Origin: Chara braunii
Taxonomy: Eukaryota > Plantae > Charophyceae
Reading direction: 5' to 3'
DNA length: 64,000 nucleotides
Assembly: GCA_003427395.1 (NCBI GenBank)
Contig: BFEA01000001.1
Coordinates: forward strand, 4,994,219 to 5,058,218
The notes beneath the pieces are model-generated. The model ran no database searches, was not told the origin of the DNA, and was given only the letters and a program-made list of their open reading frames with translations. The translations under genes were made by a program, and so were the position numbers. Positions 49,335-61,912 of the stretch are shown here, piece by piece (position 1 is the stretch's first letter; each line of letters starts with the position of its first letter).

Positions 49335-52300
49335 CCCTTTTTGCTTTGCTCATGTTTGATCAAACTGGAACAAAATAGTGAGAGAATCAGTGCAATATGT
49401 GCTAGTTAATCCCCATCCAGAAGAAGTTTTGCTAGCAAGTAGGCAACCATCTGTAAGATTCGTTATCTCCTGCCCATTAAACAACATGCATAAATGGTAA
49501 GAATTAGCAAAGTTGTTTTCCAATGCTTCCTCAACTCCCATGGAGTGGGATGGATTAATAACCCAAAGCTTAGTTGACGAGCGTAAGTCGGCGCTTATCA
49601 TCTAGCTCTCCGGATTCAATTGGTATTAACTCTTAATTAAGTGGTTGAGCTAGGAGGTAACTTTTCAACGAAAACACAGAGTGACTTATGGCATTGACTT
49701 TTGTCAAAGTAAACACCGAGAGAAGTCCAAGGGACATTCTCAACGAAGTGAGATAGGAAGATGGATGAGAAAGATCAAGCAAACTAGAGGTGAGGATTGA
49801 AACTCCTTATCTGCTGGCTCGACTGCAAGTATCTCACAACCAAAACTCAGGTCTCTCATTGAATAAGCTTTCCTCTAGAGGAAACTTATATCCTTCAGTC
49901 TTCTCGTAACCGAGTCAACATATAAAAACTAGAGTCAAGTAACTCCTGATGGTGATTATAGACCAATATATAATATAAGGACGTACTCCTTATTAACTCA
50001 TAATTAAGTCCGCCTATCATTCAAACCGTCATCTCAACGCTCTGACGTTTCCAGAGGTCAAAACTAGCATCGAGAACGTCTCTATTCAAAGGTCTCGCCT
50101 GCTCACATTGGCTATTTTTGCACGAACATACCCTGTGATCATCCAACTGAAAGCAGAGCCTGATCACATACTCCCGAGTTTACCCTTACTTGACAGCTAG
50201 TAGCTGTCTCACAAGCGATCCCTTCAGCGAAATCTTACTTCTCAATCGTAGTGAAGCTGGAGGAGAGACCTTGTGATGCTAAATGATCATCCACAAATAA
50301 GCTGCGGACATCTGCAGCTAAGTTCTCAAACCAATTTCGGTGAAGGTCAGACTGGAGTGGAGTCTCGCCAGTGCCCGAATCACACGCGGACAGGTTCACT
50401 ACTCAGAGGATAGAGATCGCACGACACATACTACAAAAGGTTATCACTCAATAGACGAGGAACAAACAACTTGTTTTGCAACGAATGTCAATTGTGGCCC
50501 ACACGTGTAGTTGACATCAAGAGTGACTTACACAAGAGAGAGAGAGCGAAAGCTCTCATGAGAAGTCTGACCACAAACGTTGACGTGAGTAACTAGTACG
50601 CTGCTTCGCAAACTCATTTCCTCTGACCTCTCGTGCCACTCTAGCACATCGCCACTAACCAACTGAACACTACCACTAATGATCTCAGTCCAACGTAGGT
50701 AAAGATGCAAAAGACAGTTGCAATGACTTGCTGATTTCTACTGCCGAGATTGACTGCGAGGCTGTACACTAACCAGTAGGGTTAGATTCGTAATTTTGTT
50801 TGGCTGAGCGCTAACCGAGAGACCTGCCTGTAGGGAAATTCGTGAGGGACATATCTGCAAATCTGGGAAAATACAGGCCCAGTACTAACCCGAATTCCTA
50901 CAGCTACCCTAACTGCGTATAGCAGGCCCGGGCTACCCCTAGGACAGACAGGCCCTAAGTGGCCTATACTGATAGACGGTCCTATAGCCTATAGCCGGAT
51001 CCGGTAGAGGCCGAGAGGCCGAAACAGCAACGGTACTGGTCGGTCAGTCAGTCCGGTCTAGGTCTAGCGTAGTCTATAGGTAGGTTAGGCCCATCGGTTC
51101 AGGACTTTTGGCAGTTCATTTCTCGCGAAGCAGCGTTGGAGAAGCCAAGCAAGTTGGTGGCGGTGATTGTCTGCAGGCGGCATCCTGAGACCTCGCTGTT
51201 GACAGCAACCATACCCGGCCCAGTCTGAGTCTTCCATAGCTGGGGCATCCTCAGCGCATCTACCCCTGGGGGTATCTGCGTCTGGCCGGGCTACACTGAG
51301 GCTCTACAGTGTGTGTCCGTGGGTGGTGGCAGCCATAGCTGCCTGTTCCTTCGTCAGAGTTGTCCATCGGCGCTGAAGACTTCATCGCAGGACCTGTTCT
51401 TCATCAGGGTGGTTGGCGCTGGCCTCTGGGAGGCCAATCTGATGTGGCGCTACTAACTGGGTGTAGGATAGAGAGTGGGGTGTGGGTTCTGAGAGTGGCG
51501 AGATACTGGAACAAACTCTGTTACGATAATTGTTTGAGTTGGCTCATCATCAGTGTGATTTCAATTGTCATCCTCGCAGGTTCTGATTGTGATTGGTTGC
51601 TGGGAGTTTGTCAGAGAGAGAGAAACACTGTGTGTCTTCTCCCCATCTGTGCATAGCTGTATTTCGCTGCCTACTCTGATCTGTGTGCAGTGTGGACTCT
51701 GTCTCCTCTCCCCCATCTCTTATGCATGTATGGGCGTGTATGAGATTGTCTGTGTGTGAGTGGCGGTACAAATCGTCAGACAACCAAGATCATAACACAG
51801 TGGTAAATGCTTACTGATGACGAAAGAACACTTTCTGACCTGAGACATACGTGCAAACAATGGCGTGAAGCGTAGTCTGTATGCACTGGCCCCTCGCGAG
51901 AACCTCATGAAATCTGCCTTCAATTGACTATGCTTGCCAGTAAGTGGCCAGTGTAGCCTCACGTTTGTTCTCAGCTCCTTTCCACAACGAAGACAGAGCA
52001 AGCGATGGAAAACACAAGCCACACCTGGTGGATGATGTTAAAAGAGGAGCACACACACGTCTCCCACGACTGTCTCACGAAGCTCTATCCGACTTCGAAT
52101 AGCACTCTCTCTCTCTCCCGTATGCTGTATCGCACGTCTGTTTCTCATTCCGGGCACCGTAACATTCTCACACTGCCCGTACCTGCCCTTACTTCATTGC
52201 CATTAGATTCGCTACCATGATAGGCACGCGCAATGGCTAATGAGGGCATAGATCGTGCTGATGACATCAGTAACGTGTTCCAGCATAGAGTTCCCACGAA

Positions 52301-54073
52301 AATCTGACTTCGGATAACACTTCACTCTTGCTAGTACTCTGCACAGGGCGTCTGTTCCCTCCACTGGCTGACTATGACACTCTCACGCGCTGCCATTAAC
52401 CATCTCTGGCATGCTAGCTGATGTCCACAGACCGGTGTAGGTGACAAACGAGACAGTGATGATTGCTCAGTGCTGGAGATGGACGTCTTTTGCTCAATGC
52501 ATCAAATGACGTCATCCGCGTAGGAAGCACGCACATCTCTTGCAAATGAATTGTTAAGCTCTCTGCGCAAAGTCAAGTGCTCGTGTCTGTCGCTGGTACC
52601 CAACGCAGCCCCTTGCCCGCTCTCACTTCGCCACCGCTTGTAACCACCTCGTGGCCTCAGACCCTCCGTCACTGCGAGCTAGCCTCAAGACCGTCTTCCA
52701 AAAGTGCTGCCGACGGGTGGTCCGGTTGCCACTGGCCCAGTCCATGCCAGGATTGTGTGGATGTGTCACTAACCTCGGACTCAGCTTTGGAGTCCCGGTC
52801 CAAGCGCTGCTGTTCGGGCTCAGCAGTCCCCGTGGAAGTCTGCTCTTCGTGGTACGAGACGGTAACCTGCAGTGCTACGGTCTCACCACCCCGTTTACAC
52901 CTTCGCTCAACCTTGTTACGAGCCTCAGTAATGGCTGCCTCCAAGTCTTCGTCCCTCCNNNNNNNNNNNNNNNNNNNNNNNNNNNNNNNNNNNNNNNNNN
53001 NNNNNNNNNNNNNNNNNNNNNNNNNNNNNNNNNNNNNNNNNNNNNNNNNNNNNNNNNNNNNNNNNNNNNNNNNNNNNNNNNNNNNNNNNNNNNNNNNNNN
53101 NNNNNNNNNNNNNNNNNNNNNNNNNNNNNNNNNNNNNNNNNNNNNNNNNNNNNNNNNTTTTTTTTTACAAGAAAACAGGGCCTTATGGTCCCAGCTCCTT
53201 TCCATTCTGGGGAGCAGCAGTCCGGTTCCTATTCCACCGGCAAGTCAGAATAAAAGTTACATCATAGAACCCACACGCTTCCTCCCGTCTGGCCGGAGGA
53301 CCCCTGAGCAGCATTGATTACTCCAGCCTTCTGGAGGATTGACTGCCAGCTTGCCATGTTTCGCTCTATTCCTCTCAGATCTGTCCCCTAGATCTGCCAG
53401 ATAAAACCATGCCCACAAGAAAGAGCTTACCTTCAAGATCTGGATAATCCTTGAGCTTCGAGACTTCAACCTTACCCATGTGTCCCGTCTCCCCCTATTC
53501 CTCCTCTCATTATCAAAGCACCTTCAAAATCCTAAACCCTAAACCCTCGCCTTGAAATGTTTTTTTCTGAGGCTAACGGTTTGCCTTGTCTTTGGCCGCT
53601 CGAGTGGCCTGAGCTGTAATTTTATCACTTCAGCTCAATCTCCTATCTGCTTCAGATGTGTCCTGGGCTCTCCCTCCTGTTTCTGAGTTGTGCCATTCTA
53701 TCCAGCATACTCGAACATTCCGTAACTCTGCTGTTTTGCCGTTCTCCAACCCCTGCCCATTTCAGCTTCTTCCTGACTTTCTCTTGCTTATCCTCAACCT
53801 TGGGCCTCGTCTGCCTTCATCTCTGTCTTCTACCCGGAATTCAGCCTGTAGCATATATCTTGACTGCNCCNGTACCTTCTCTCTTGAGTTGGGCTGGCCC
53901 TCTACAGTCCCCCAGCCTCCTTCCTTTCAGATGATCTTGGGTGCCACCTTCCTTTTTTTACTGGCTTATCGAGATTTTCCTTCCCTTCCCTTTATCCTAC
54001 CCCTCTCCTGACCCCTGATTTTGTCCACCCTCTTCTCTCCATTTAAAGCGTAATTGTGTACCTCTGACCTCTG

Positions 54074-57000
54074 CTACTGCCCCCAGACCTGTTTGAATCT
54101 TTTAATTATCTCCTCCTCTTGCCCTGGTTGTTGCTGTGCCTGCTGTCTCACCCTTTTCCACTGCGCATTGAGATGTGTTTCTACTGCCTTGAGGATCAAC
54201 TCCCTGGCTTCCTCTCTATGCATTAGCGTTCCTTCCATAGTGGCCTGACATCTCCTCTTCCAAATGATCCACAACCCATATTGCCTCAGTAGCTGAAAGA
54301 TATGTCTCTGATAGGGTTGCATCCGTTTGGGTACCTCCGCCCCCAATAGCCTAGCAATTCTTGACTCCGGAAAAGCAATGTTCGCCACCTGTTTCCAAAT
54401 TCCCCCGACTTGTTCCCACATCCCCTCCGCCTCCTTGCACTCCAGTAGACAGTGCACCAATGTTTCCGGAAGTCCTTCTTGACACAGTCTGCACAACTCA
54501 GCTTCATCGCTCCTCTGGTTGTGACTTCTTCTTTCGTTGAGCCAAACGTTCACTGGCAGCGCCACATGCTCTATTAGCCATTGCATACTCCTCACTTGTC
54601 CCAGTCTTATTGATAGAATATTTGCCCATGGTATGTCTGCCATTTGGCTTTTGGGGACCCCCACCCTTTTCTCCCAGCGCTTGAGCAGAGTAGGACCCAT
54701 AGACAGGGATCTGTTCCTCAACCTGTAACCTATTCTTGTGGTGTAGTGGAGGATATTGATTCTCCTTGCTACTCTTGATTGTCCCCCCCTAATGTTCCAG
54801 GCCCATTCACCAGGATCCACCTCTAGCTCCTCAATTGGTACCGCTGAATTGTACACTGTAAACTCCTCCATCTCTATCACTCTTACTTTCCGCAACCCTT
54901 GTTTGAGAATATACAGCGGCGCTTTTGATCTCCTATCCAATTGGGATGTGGTATTGCGCGGCTGTATTATGTTTCATTTGTCTGCTACTAGCCATTCGTT
55001 CCTGTCTTTGACCGTATCCCACACCCTGAACACCTCTCTAGGTTCTGCATCGTCTTCCCATGTGGCCCAATCTCCCTCCCGCCATTGTTTTCCCCCCCTC
55101 AACAACTGCACCCAGGTTGGATGTATGGAGCCTGTGACTACACTCAGGTTGTCCTGAAGCTTATGACACCCCTTCAATGTCCTTCTCAGCTCCTCTGTTG
55201 TTTTCCATTTGTTGTTCTCCTCATCCCAAATGTGTTTGATCTGCCATACCCCGTGCTCCAACCATCTGCCCCATCTCGAATCCTTGCTTGTTAATGTTAG
55301 AGGCTTTCCGCCATTGTCCTAAATGTTTGCCTTACAGAATAACGGTTGTCTTAATACCTCCTCTCTTGTAGTAGGCTCTCTTACCCTCGCTGGGAAGACC
55401 TCCTTCCACAGTTGTATTAGTTGTAGCCAATAAGCCGGATTTCTCACTCTCCCTCCTTGTATTTCCCTATTCTCCTCCCTGTGGCCCATTTTAGCCCAGT
55501 TGCTACACATAATCCAGAACAGCCCGGTCATGTTGCTCGGTGTTTTATACCTGGCTATCTGTCTAATCGTTTCTAATACTAGTGACGTCCATGACAGCCT
55601 AGGCTGTGAGATTAGCTTGACCACCCATTTTGTTTGAAGCGCTTTCAACTGCTGACTTGGGTCAAGAATACCCATGCCCCCTTGCCCCTTGGGTCTAGTT
55701 ACCGTTTTCCATGCTACCTTGGCTATGAAATGTTTCGTGTTGTGCTTCGCCGTCCACAAGAAAGCTGCAGCCTTTCTCCTAAGCTGGGCCGCCGTGGCCT
55801 TGGGCGGGGTCCAGATAGACCCTGCATACCACATCATGGAGAAAATTGATGCATTCAAAATCAGTGCTCTTCCATATATTGAGGTGTATACTGCCGACCA
55901 AGCACTAAACTTTGCTAACACCTTGGCCATAATGTTTGGCGCCATTGATTGGTGTGCCCCCTCTTCTGTTATTTTGATCCCTAGATACCGGAACGGATGT
56001 TGTGGCGTCATCCATTGAAGCCCCTCGGGGCTTGTGACCGGAATCTGATTTTCTTGATCCAGTTCTGCTAGCCACCACCCCACTGTTTTGTGCCAATTGA
56101 CTTTCATCTATGAAGCCAGCTGGAAAGCTTCCATTGCCCTTGTTAGCGCTTGAAAAGAAGAGTCTGTTGCTTTGATCAAAACCGTCAAGTCGTCCGCGAA
56201 CAAAATCGTCGTGGGGAGTTCAACCGTGTGTCCTCGCTGGTCTGGCGGTGCTATTAATCTCTCTATTGACGGGTCTTTTCTTAGAAAAGAGGCTATTGCC
56301 TCCATTATGAAGAGAAAGATAGGAGCTGCTAAGGGATCCCCCTGCCTAACTGACCTTGACATCGGGTAGGTCGAAGATAAGTGACCATTAACCTGCACTT
56401 GTCCCCGCGCATCGTTGTATAAGACCCGTATCCATTTCCTAAAGTTTGGCCCTACCCCCATTCTTTCCATGCACAGCTGCAAGAAGGGCCAACTGACCTG
56501 GTCATATGCCTTTTCGAAATCGAAAAAAAGAATGGCAGCATTGATTCTCTTGTCTCTTATATACCGGACAGATTCTGTTAGGCACATGACATTGTCTAGT
56601 ATAAACCTTCCCGGAATGAATCCTGTTTGATCCAAATGGAAGCAGCCTGCCGTGATCTTTGATAAGAGGTTAGCTAGCGCCTTGGCTACTATCTTGTGTG
56701 TGAGGGTCAACAAAGTTATTAGCCTGTAATTCCGTATGTCCACTGGGCTCCCCTTCTTGTAAAGCAGCGTGACTATTCCAGTTGCGGGCTCACTACCTAT
56801 GCCCTCCGCCTGCCAAGCTGCTCTAGAAAGGCCAGGTATTCTTCGCCCAAAATTGGCCAGAATTCTAGCCAGAATTCTCTGGTCAGACCATCCTTCCCTG
56901 GGGTTTTGTTCGGGGCCATCGTTTTTAGTGCATCCCATAACTCCTCCTGTGTTAAGGGTTCATCCAGCATGGCCGCGTGCTGTCGTGATATTGTGTTCTG

Positions 57001-58330
57001 TAGGTAGTTCAGGAACTTCGATCTCGCTTCCTCCACCCTTAGCCTCGGGAGCTGGTCTTCCGTAGATGTGTATAGTCTACTATAGAAATCGAAAGCCACC
57101 CTTAACATCCCTTCCTTATCTGAGGTAAGCCCCCCTTCCCCTTCTAATTGCTCTATGAGGTTATTCCTTCCTTTGGACTTTATTTTTTGGAAGAAGAATT
57201 TGGTCATTCTCTTCCCCTCCTCCCATTCCCTGACTCTAGCCCTCATTTGTAGGCCTTTCATTCTCCACCGTTGCCAGTCTACCATCTCTCCTCTTGCCGT
57301 CTCCAGTACTCTTTCGTATAATTCGTCTCCTGGCCAAGCTAAAGCCTTAGAAAGTGTCAATAACAGTTCTGGGAATGTCTGCGTGTCTGGGTTGTGTTCC
57401 TGACACACTTGCAAAACCGCCTGTCTCATTTCCTGAGTTTTCAGGAGGGAGTTGTTGATTTTGTAGAACCCCCTACCTCTGATGCCTTGTTTGTCTGGTG
57501 ACAAACTCAGATGGATAGGTTTGTGATCCAGACCCAGACCGTACGGCAGGATACCTATACTCACTGATTGCAACATGCCTATTACTCCTGACGACGTCAA
57601 GAAATAGTCTATCCGGGAGGCCGACACATGTTGGCTGCGGTTCCTCTTGCGATAGGTGAATTGTCTTTCGTCCGGGTAATACAACCTATAGGGATCTATC
57701 AGTTCTAAATTCGTCGTTAGCCTATGAATCGGTAGCGATTCTTCTGTCCACCCTTCCTCCTCTGATCTAATCCCTCCCGATAATCTGTCCAAGTTGGGAT
57801 CTAAGGTGGCGTTCCAGTCTCCTACTAGAATCAGATGCCTGTTCCCATCTAGGATCTCCTTAAGCCTTTCGACCAAATCCTCTCTTTGTTGAGAGTTATT
57901 CGGACAGTAAACCGAGAGTAGCGTGTAGCGTTCCTCATGCAGCTCAAAGTCGACCTTGACCCATCTACCCTCCTCCTCGTCCACCCTTGCTTCTGTGATG
58001 CGAATCCTGTCTGCCGCCGTAGCCCTTTTGCTTTGTAGTATAACCACCCCCGTGGAATGGTTACTTGTCGCCGGGGCCCACCATGCTGCCTTAACTCCTT
58101 GCAGTTTCCTCTCAATCTTGTGCTTCGTTTTCTGGTGTTTTTCCGATTCCTGAAGATGTGTTTCCTGCAAGCACAAGAAATCCGGTGGAGACAAAGTGTA
58201 CCATCCTGAGTAATTCACTACATTATGCCACTTGTCATCCTGAGTAATTCACTACATTATGCCACTTGTCTCCATTCTCCAAAATCCCCACCATCCCGTT
58301 CATTCCATGAAGTTATTTTGATCTCCGGTG
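54074..58330 (-). pseudogene. LINE-E ORF2: APE endonuclease, reverse transcriptase, zf-RVT; a few stops and frameshifts
   Basis: KITSWN, LCLQETH, LVGDWN, SRIDYF, LDHKP; FEKAYD, RQGDPLAAPIF, LFADDL, YLGI; CRLC...HCLLEC; 34-bp tandem duplication 58202-58269 shifts the frame. Confidence 0.96.
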
Positions 58331-58449
58331 AACCTGTTCCCCCTTTAATCCTTCTTCTCTGCTTTCTTGGTCTCTCTTCCACTCCTCCCTCCATTAGGTC
58401 CCCTTGTTAGAATGTGGCCTTTCCTTCCATCTTTCCTTGTTCAAGTATC

Positions 58450-61400
58450 TTATGCAGTGAGTTCTATGGTCATTGCTACCTCACTTACCCTCCTCTCGAA
58501 GAAGTTCGGCTTCCAACCCAATGCCTCCATCTTCACTGTCATCGCTGCGCATCTAGCCACCCATTCCGCCCCTACTTCTCCTCCCAGTAGCCCATAGGGA
58601 ATGGTTTCCACCACCTGCCAAGGCATCCAGATCAATCCCTCCCTTAGTTCGGACTCCTCCCCCATTTGGAATAGCAGTGGTCCGAAGTCAGCTATCGTCT
58701 CATCCTCTCCTTCTTCCCCTATCGTCATCGGCTCCTCTCCTCCCTCTCTCAATATAAAAGCTCGAGCTGGCACCTCCGCCCCTATTAATCTCTACAGATT
58801 CGAGCCTGAGCACTCTTCAATCGGGGCTGTTAACAGCTGCAAGGACTGGTTAATTGCCACCTCCCAGTCTGAGTGCTTTGCATTCCAGCGACAGGGCAAG
58901 ACCACTCTCCTCCTTGTCCCATTCTTGACTTCCAGACGAGCTGCGGCTTCTATCTCCTTCCACTGACCCTTTGCTATTTTCTATACGTTCACTGTGTCCT
59001 CTTCCAATTCCCTGTTTTCATCCTTGAGTAGGATTACCTGTGCCACCAAAATCGTTGCTTGCCTCCTCAAATCCTGCACCTCTTCCTCTTCACTCTCTCC
59101 CTTCACCCGATCGTCATCCATTGTTGTATCCTCCATTGAGTCATTCCCCGAACCAACTGCACTGCTTTGCTCCTCCACCGTTTGTACTTTCCGTTTCTTA
59201 CCATCCCTCTTCCTTTCCTTACTGTGGTAGGTCTTTGGCCATTGGAATGTCCTCCCATATTCCTCCTGCTGTTCGTGGATCTCATTCTTCACTGTGCAGG
59301 TCTTACTTGCGTACTGAGAAGCGTAAAACTCGTTGATTTCTCCTTCCCTCCTTAGCAGTTCAAACTTGTTTTCTGAAGTGATGTCCTCCCCTGCTTGTGT
59401 GACTTGTTGGAGGTTCCTCAGGTGTTTATGGTGGGCCAGTCTAATTTCGCACTCAATCGTTCTCCCCCATTCCAACTGTTCTACCTCCTTTATCCACTGC
59501 TCTCTTGACCAGTCTTTCTCATCCAACTCGTCCTGTTGTTCCTCCTCCTCTTCTTCCTCTTCCTCTGATGAGGCTTCGCTCTCTGTGTCTCCTGAGCTCT
59601 CCCTCTGGTCCTCCTCCGCCTGCAAGATCTGTTCCACTGTCATGTTTTCGACATTGAGCATGCCTCTCCTTCTCGCCCTTTCTCTTACTCTATCTTCATC
59701 TTCCAGTGTTTCCTGTCCCTGGGACCCCTGGGATCCGCTTCCGCCTTCTTCATGCTGTGATGACCCCATCATGACTGCATCTCTCTCTCCTGTCTTGCCT
59801 GTCTCTTCATCCCTTGCCCTACTTCCCTTTGATACCGCTCCTTGTGAGCCTGTGTCCGTCTCACTCTCCTTCCCCGAACTCCCTGAAGATTCCTTGCTGG
59901 TTCCGCCCTCCTTCTCTTTCTCTCCTGTAGTAGCACCTTCCCCCGATTGGGTCTTTTGTCTCCTTTTCCCCTGTTGCGTCCCCTCTTCTTGAGTACTAGA
60001 CACATCCTCTCCACTTGACTCTCCCTTTCTCTTTGTAGAGGTGCTTCCTCCTTCTGCTCCACTCCTCCCTCCTTCTGCTCCACTCCTCCCTCCTTCCTCA
60101 CACTCCATGTTGTCTCCTCTACCCTCATCCATATCCTTTGACTCCTCCTCATTGCCTCTTACTTGCCCCTACTGATGTGCTCTGGCTTCTGCATTTTCTT
60201 AAAAAGCCAATTCCGCATTTTTCCCAACCTCGTGCAATTCCCCCATCAGCTTCAGTCTTTGCTCGACATCCTGCATGACCTCGTCGTCCAAAATGGGTTT
60301 GATGATGTACCCCGTTTCCTTGTCCTCCATTCTCTTGGCTCCGGTGTGTCTCCACCTACTATCATAGGGCGGATAAATGTCTGGTTTGACCGTTGGTTCC
60401 CTTTTCAAGACCCACACCCATCTTGGATTTTCCAAGTTGTCGTCAAAAATCCATCCCCTGTATTGAGATGAATTAATATACCANACACNTGGNTTGCTCT
60501 CGCACTCCTGCAGCATAGATTGCCTCAATGTCACCCGTTTTCCCCCTGCTCCTCCTGGTCCCCCTTGTGGACAAGAGGTACCTAGGTGACCTCTACCCCT
60601 GCATTTGAAGCAAAATGGGTTAGTCTTGGTGGAGANGAAGACTGTGATTCTCTNACCACTTTTCTTGAAGNTCCATTGGTCTGGGAGCTTTGGCGGTGCC
60701 CCTGACTTGACCTCCAAACATGCCACCCTTGCATCATGGTTAGGTGCCAGGAAATCCGGATTGGCCGGCANCCATTCTATGATCGGGTTGCTTGGGAATT
60801 CCTCCTCCAGTCTCCTTTGAACAAAGCTATGCATTCCTTCCGATAGGTTGTCGAACTGTACCCAGAAATGATTCCTCAGCATTGATTGCCTGTGCCTTGA
60901 TGCCTCAGCCTGAGGTGGTCTTGGCGACTTCCAAGGTTGGATTGTGACTACAGCTCCCTTGCATTTCAATGAACCGATCGACAGCAGGTACTGGGCATAG
61001 GTAGGATCCACACAGACAATCATCACTGCGAACCTTCCCCTCCTGTGGTACGAAACCTCTGGTTCCTTTCCTGGTACTTCCTCCATGGCTATCAATCTAT
61101 CCATCACCCACCTTCTCTTCTCGTTCAATGAAAGCTCTTTGCTTCTCCCCGAGAAGTTAAAAAGGACCGCGTGCTTCTCGTATAGATCATTCAACGACTG
61201 AATGTCCTCTTCTGGGTATTCCCAAACTTTCACTTCCTCCTCCTTCCCCCCTTCTCCCTTGATTACCTCCTTCGTAATCTTAATCTCTGCTTTGATTTGC
61301 GTTTTCTCCAGCAGGAAATCCATCGCTTTTTGCCCCAAGGATCGCGACTTGGCTTCACCTGCTCTTGACACCGTGTCTGACTGAGATGTCGTCTGCCCTG

Positions 61401-61497
61401 ATTTGCTCATTGCCGTTCCTCCCTGCCTTAGAGCAAAGTCCTGCTTTTCTCTCTCGCTCATTGCCTTTTGGGCTGCCATAGAGTACGATATCCCCAT
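58450..61497 (-). pseudogene. LINE-E ORF1: N-terminal domain, CCHC knuckle, acidic linker, C-terminal domain
   Basis: 60199-61497 with FCFKCRGRGHLGTSC; frameshift to 58981-60132; continues in frame through two TAG stops to 58450. Confidence 0.88.
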
Positions 61498-61912
61498 CTT
61501 TGGAATGTGTCTCCTTGGGACTGAGTTAAGAGGATTGGACGCTCCTTGGGAGTTAGTAGTTTAGTAAATCTGAGGGAATTTTAGTAGCACTTGGCCTTTC
61601 CCCTTGGGGATCGCCTTTTGAAGCCGTGTCGAAGTCTGAGGGCCCTACAAGATCGTCCGCCGGCCAGTACAATCACTTTCGAGAGGTTGTGTTTAAGATT
61701 GAGTCGGGATCATGTATTCAGTATCAGGCAAGTATCGGGGTGGGAATCTGCCGTCAGTAGAAGATCGGTATCGGGGGATCGGTATCGGGTAAGCAGCGGG
61801 GTGGAAATCGGATATGGGTGATCAGTATAGGGTGAGTCTCGTGATTGGATGTGGGGGTAGGAGGGGTGGGAGCTGGTTGGAGTCTGATATTGAGAGCCGA
61901 TCCGGGTCGGTG

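Noticed and set aside
50829-50902. TG...CA mini-LTR with inverted ends
   Set aside because: 74 bp, no TSD, no second copy.
51001-51045. Hammerhead-like GGCCGAGAGGCCGAAAC
   Set aside because: Upstream core reads CCGGTAGA rather than CTGANGA, stems I and III do not close cleanly, and it lies in a stuttered patch.
10957-53317. Long ORFs full of X (e.g. 33693-35345, 10964-11827, 48509-49363)
   Set aside because: They only span N gaps.
53531-53547. Telomere-like CCTAAACCCTAAACCCT
   Set aside because: Only about 2.5 units inside a LINE 3' UTR.
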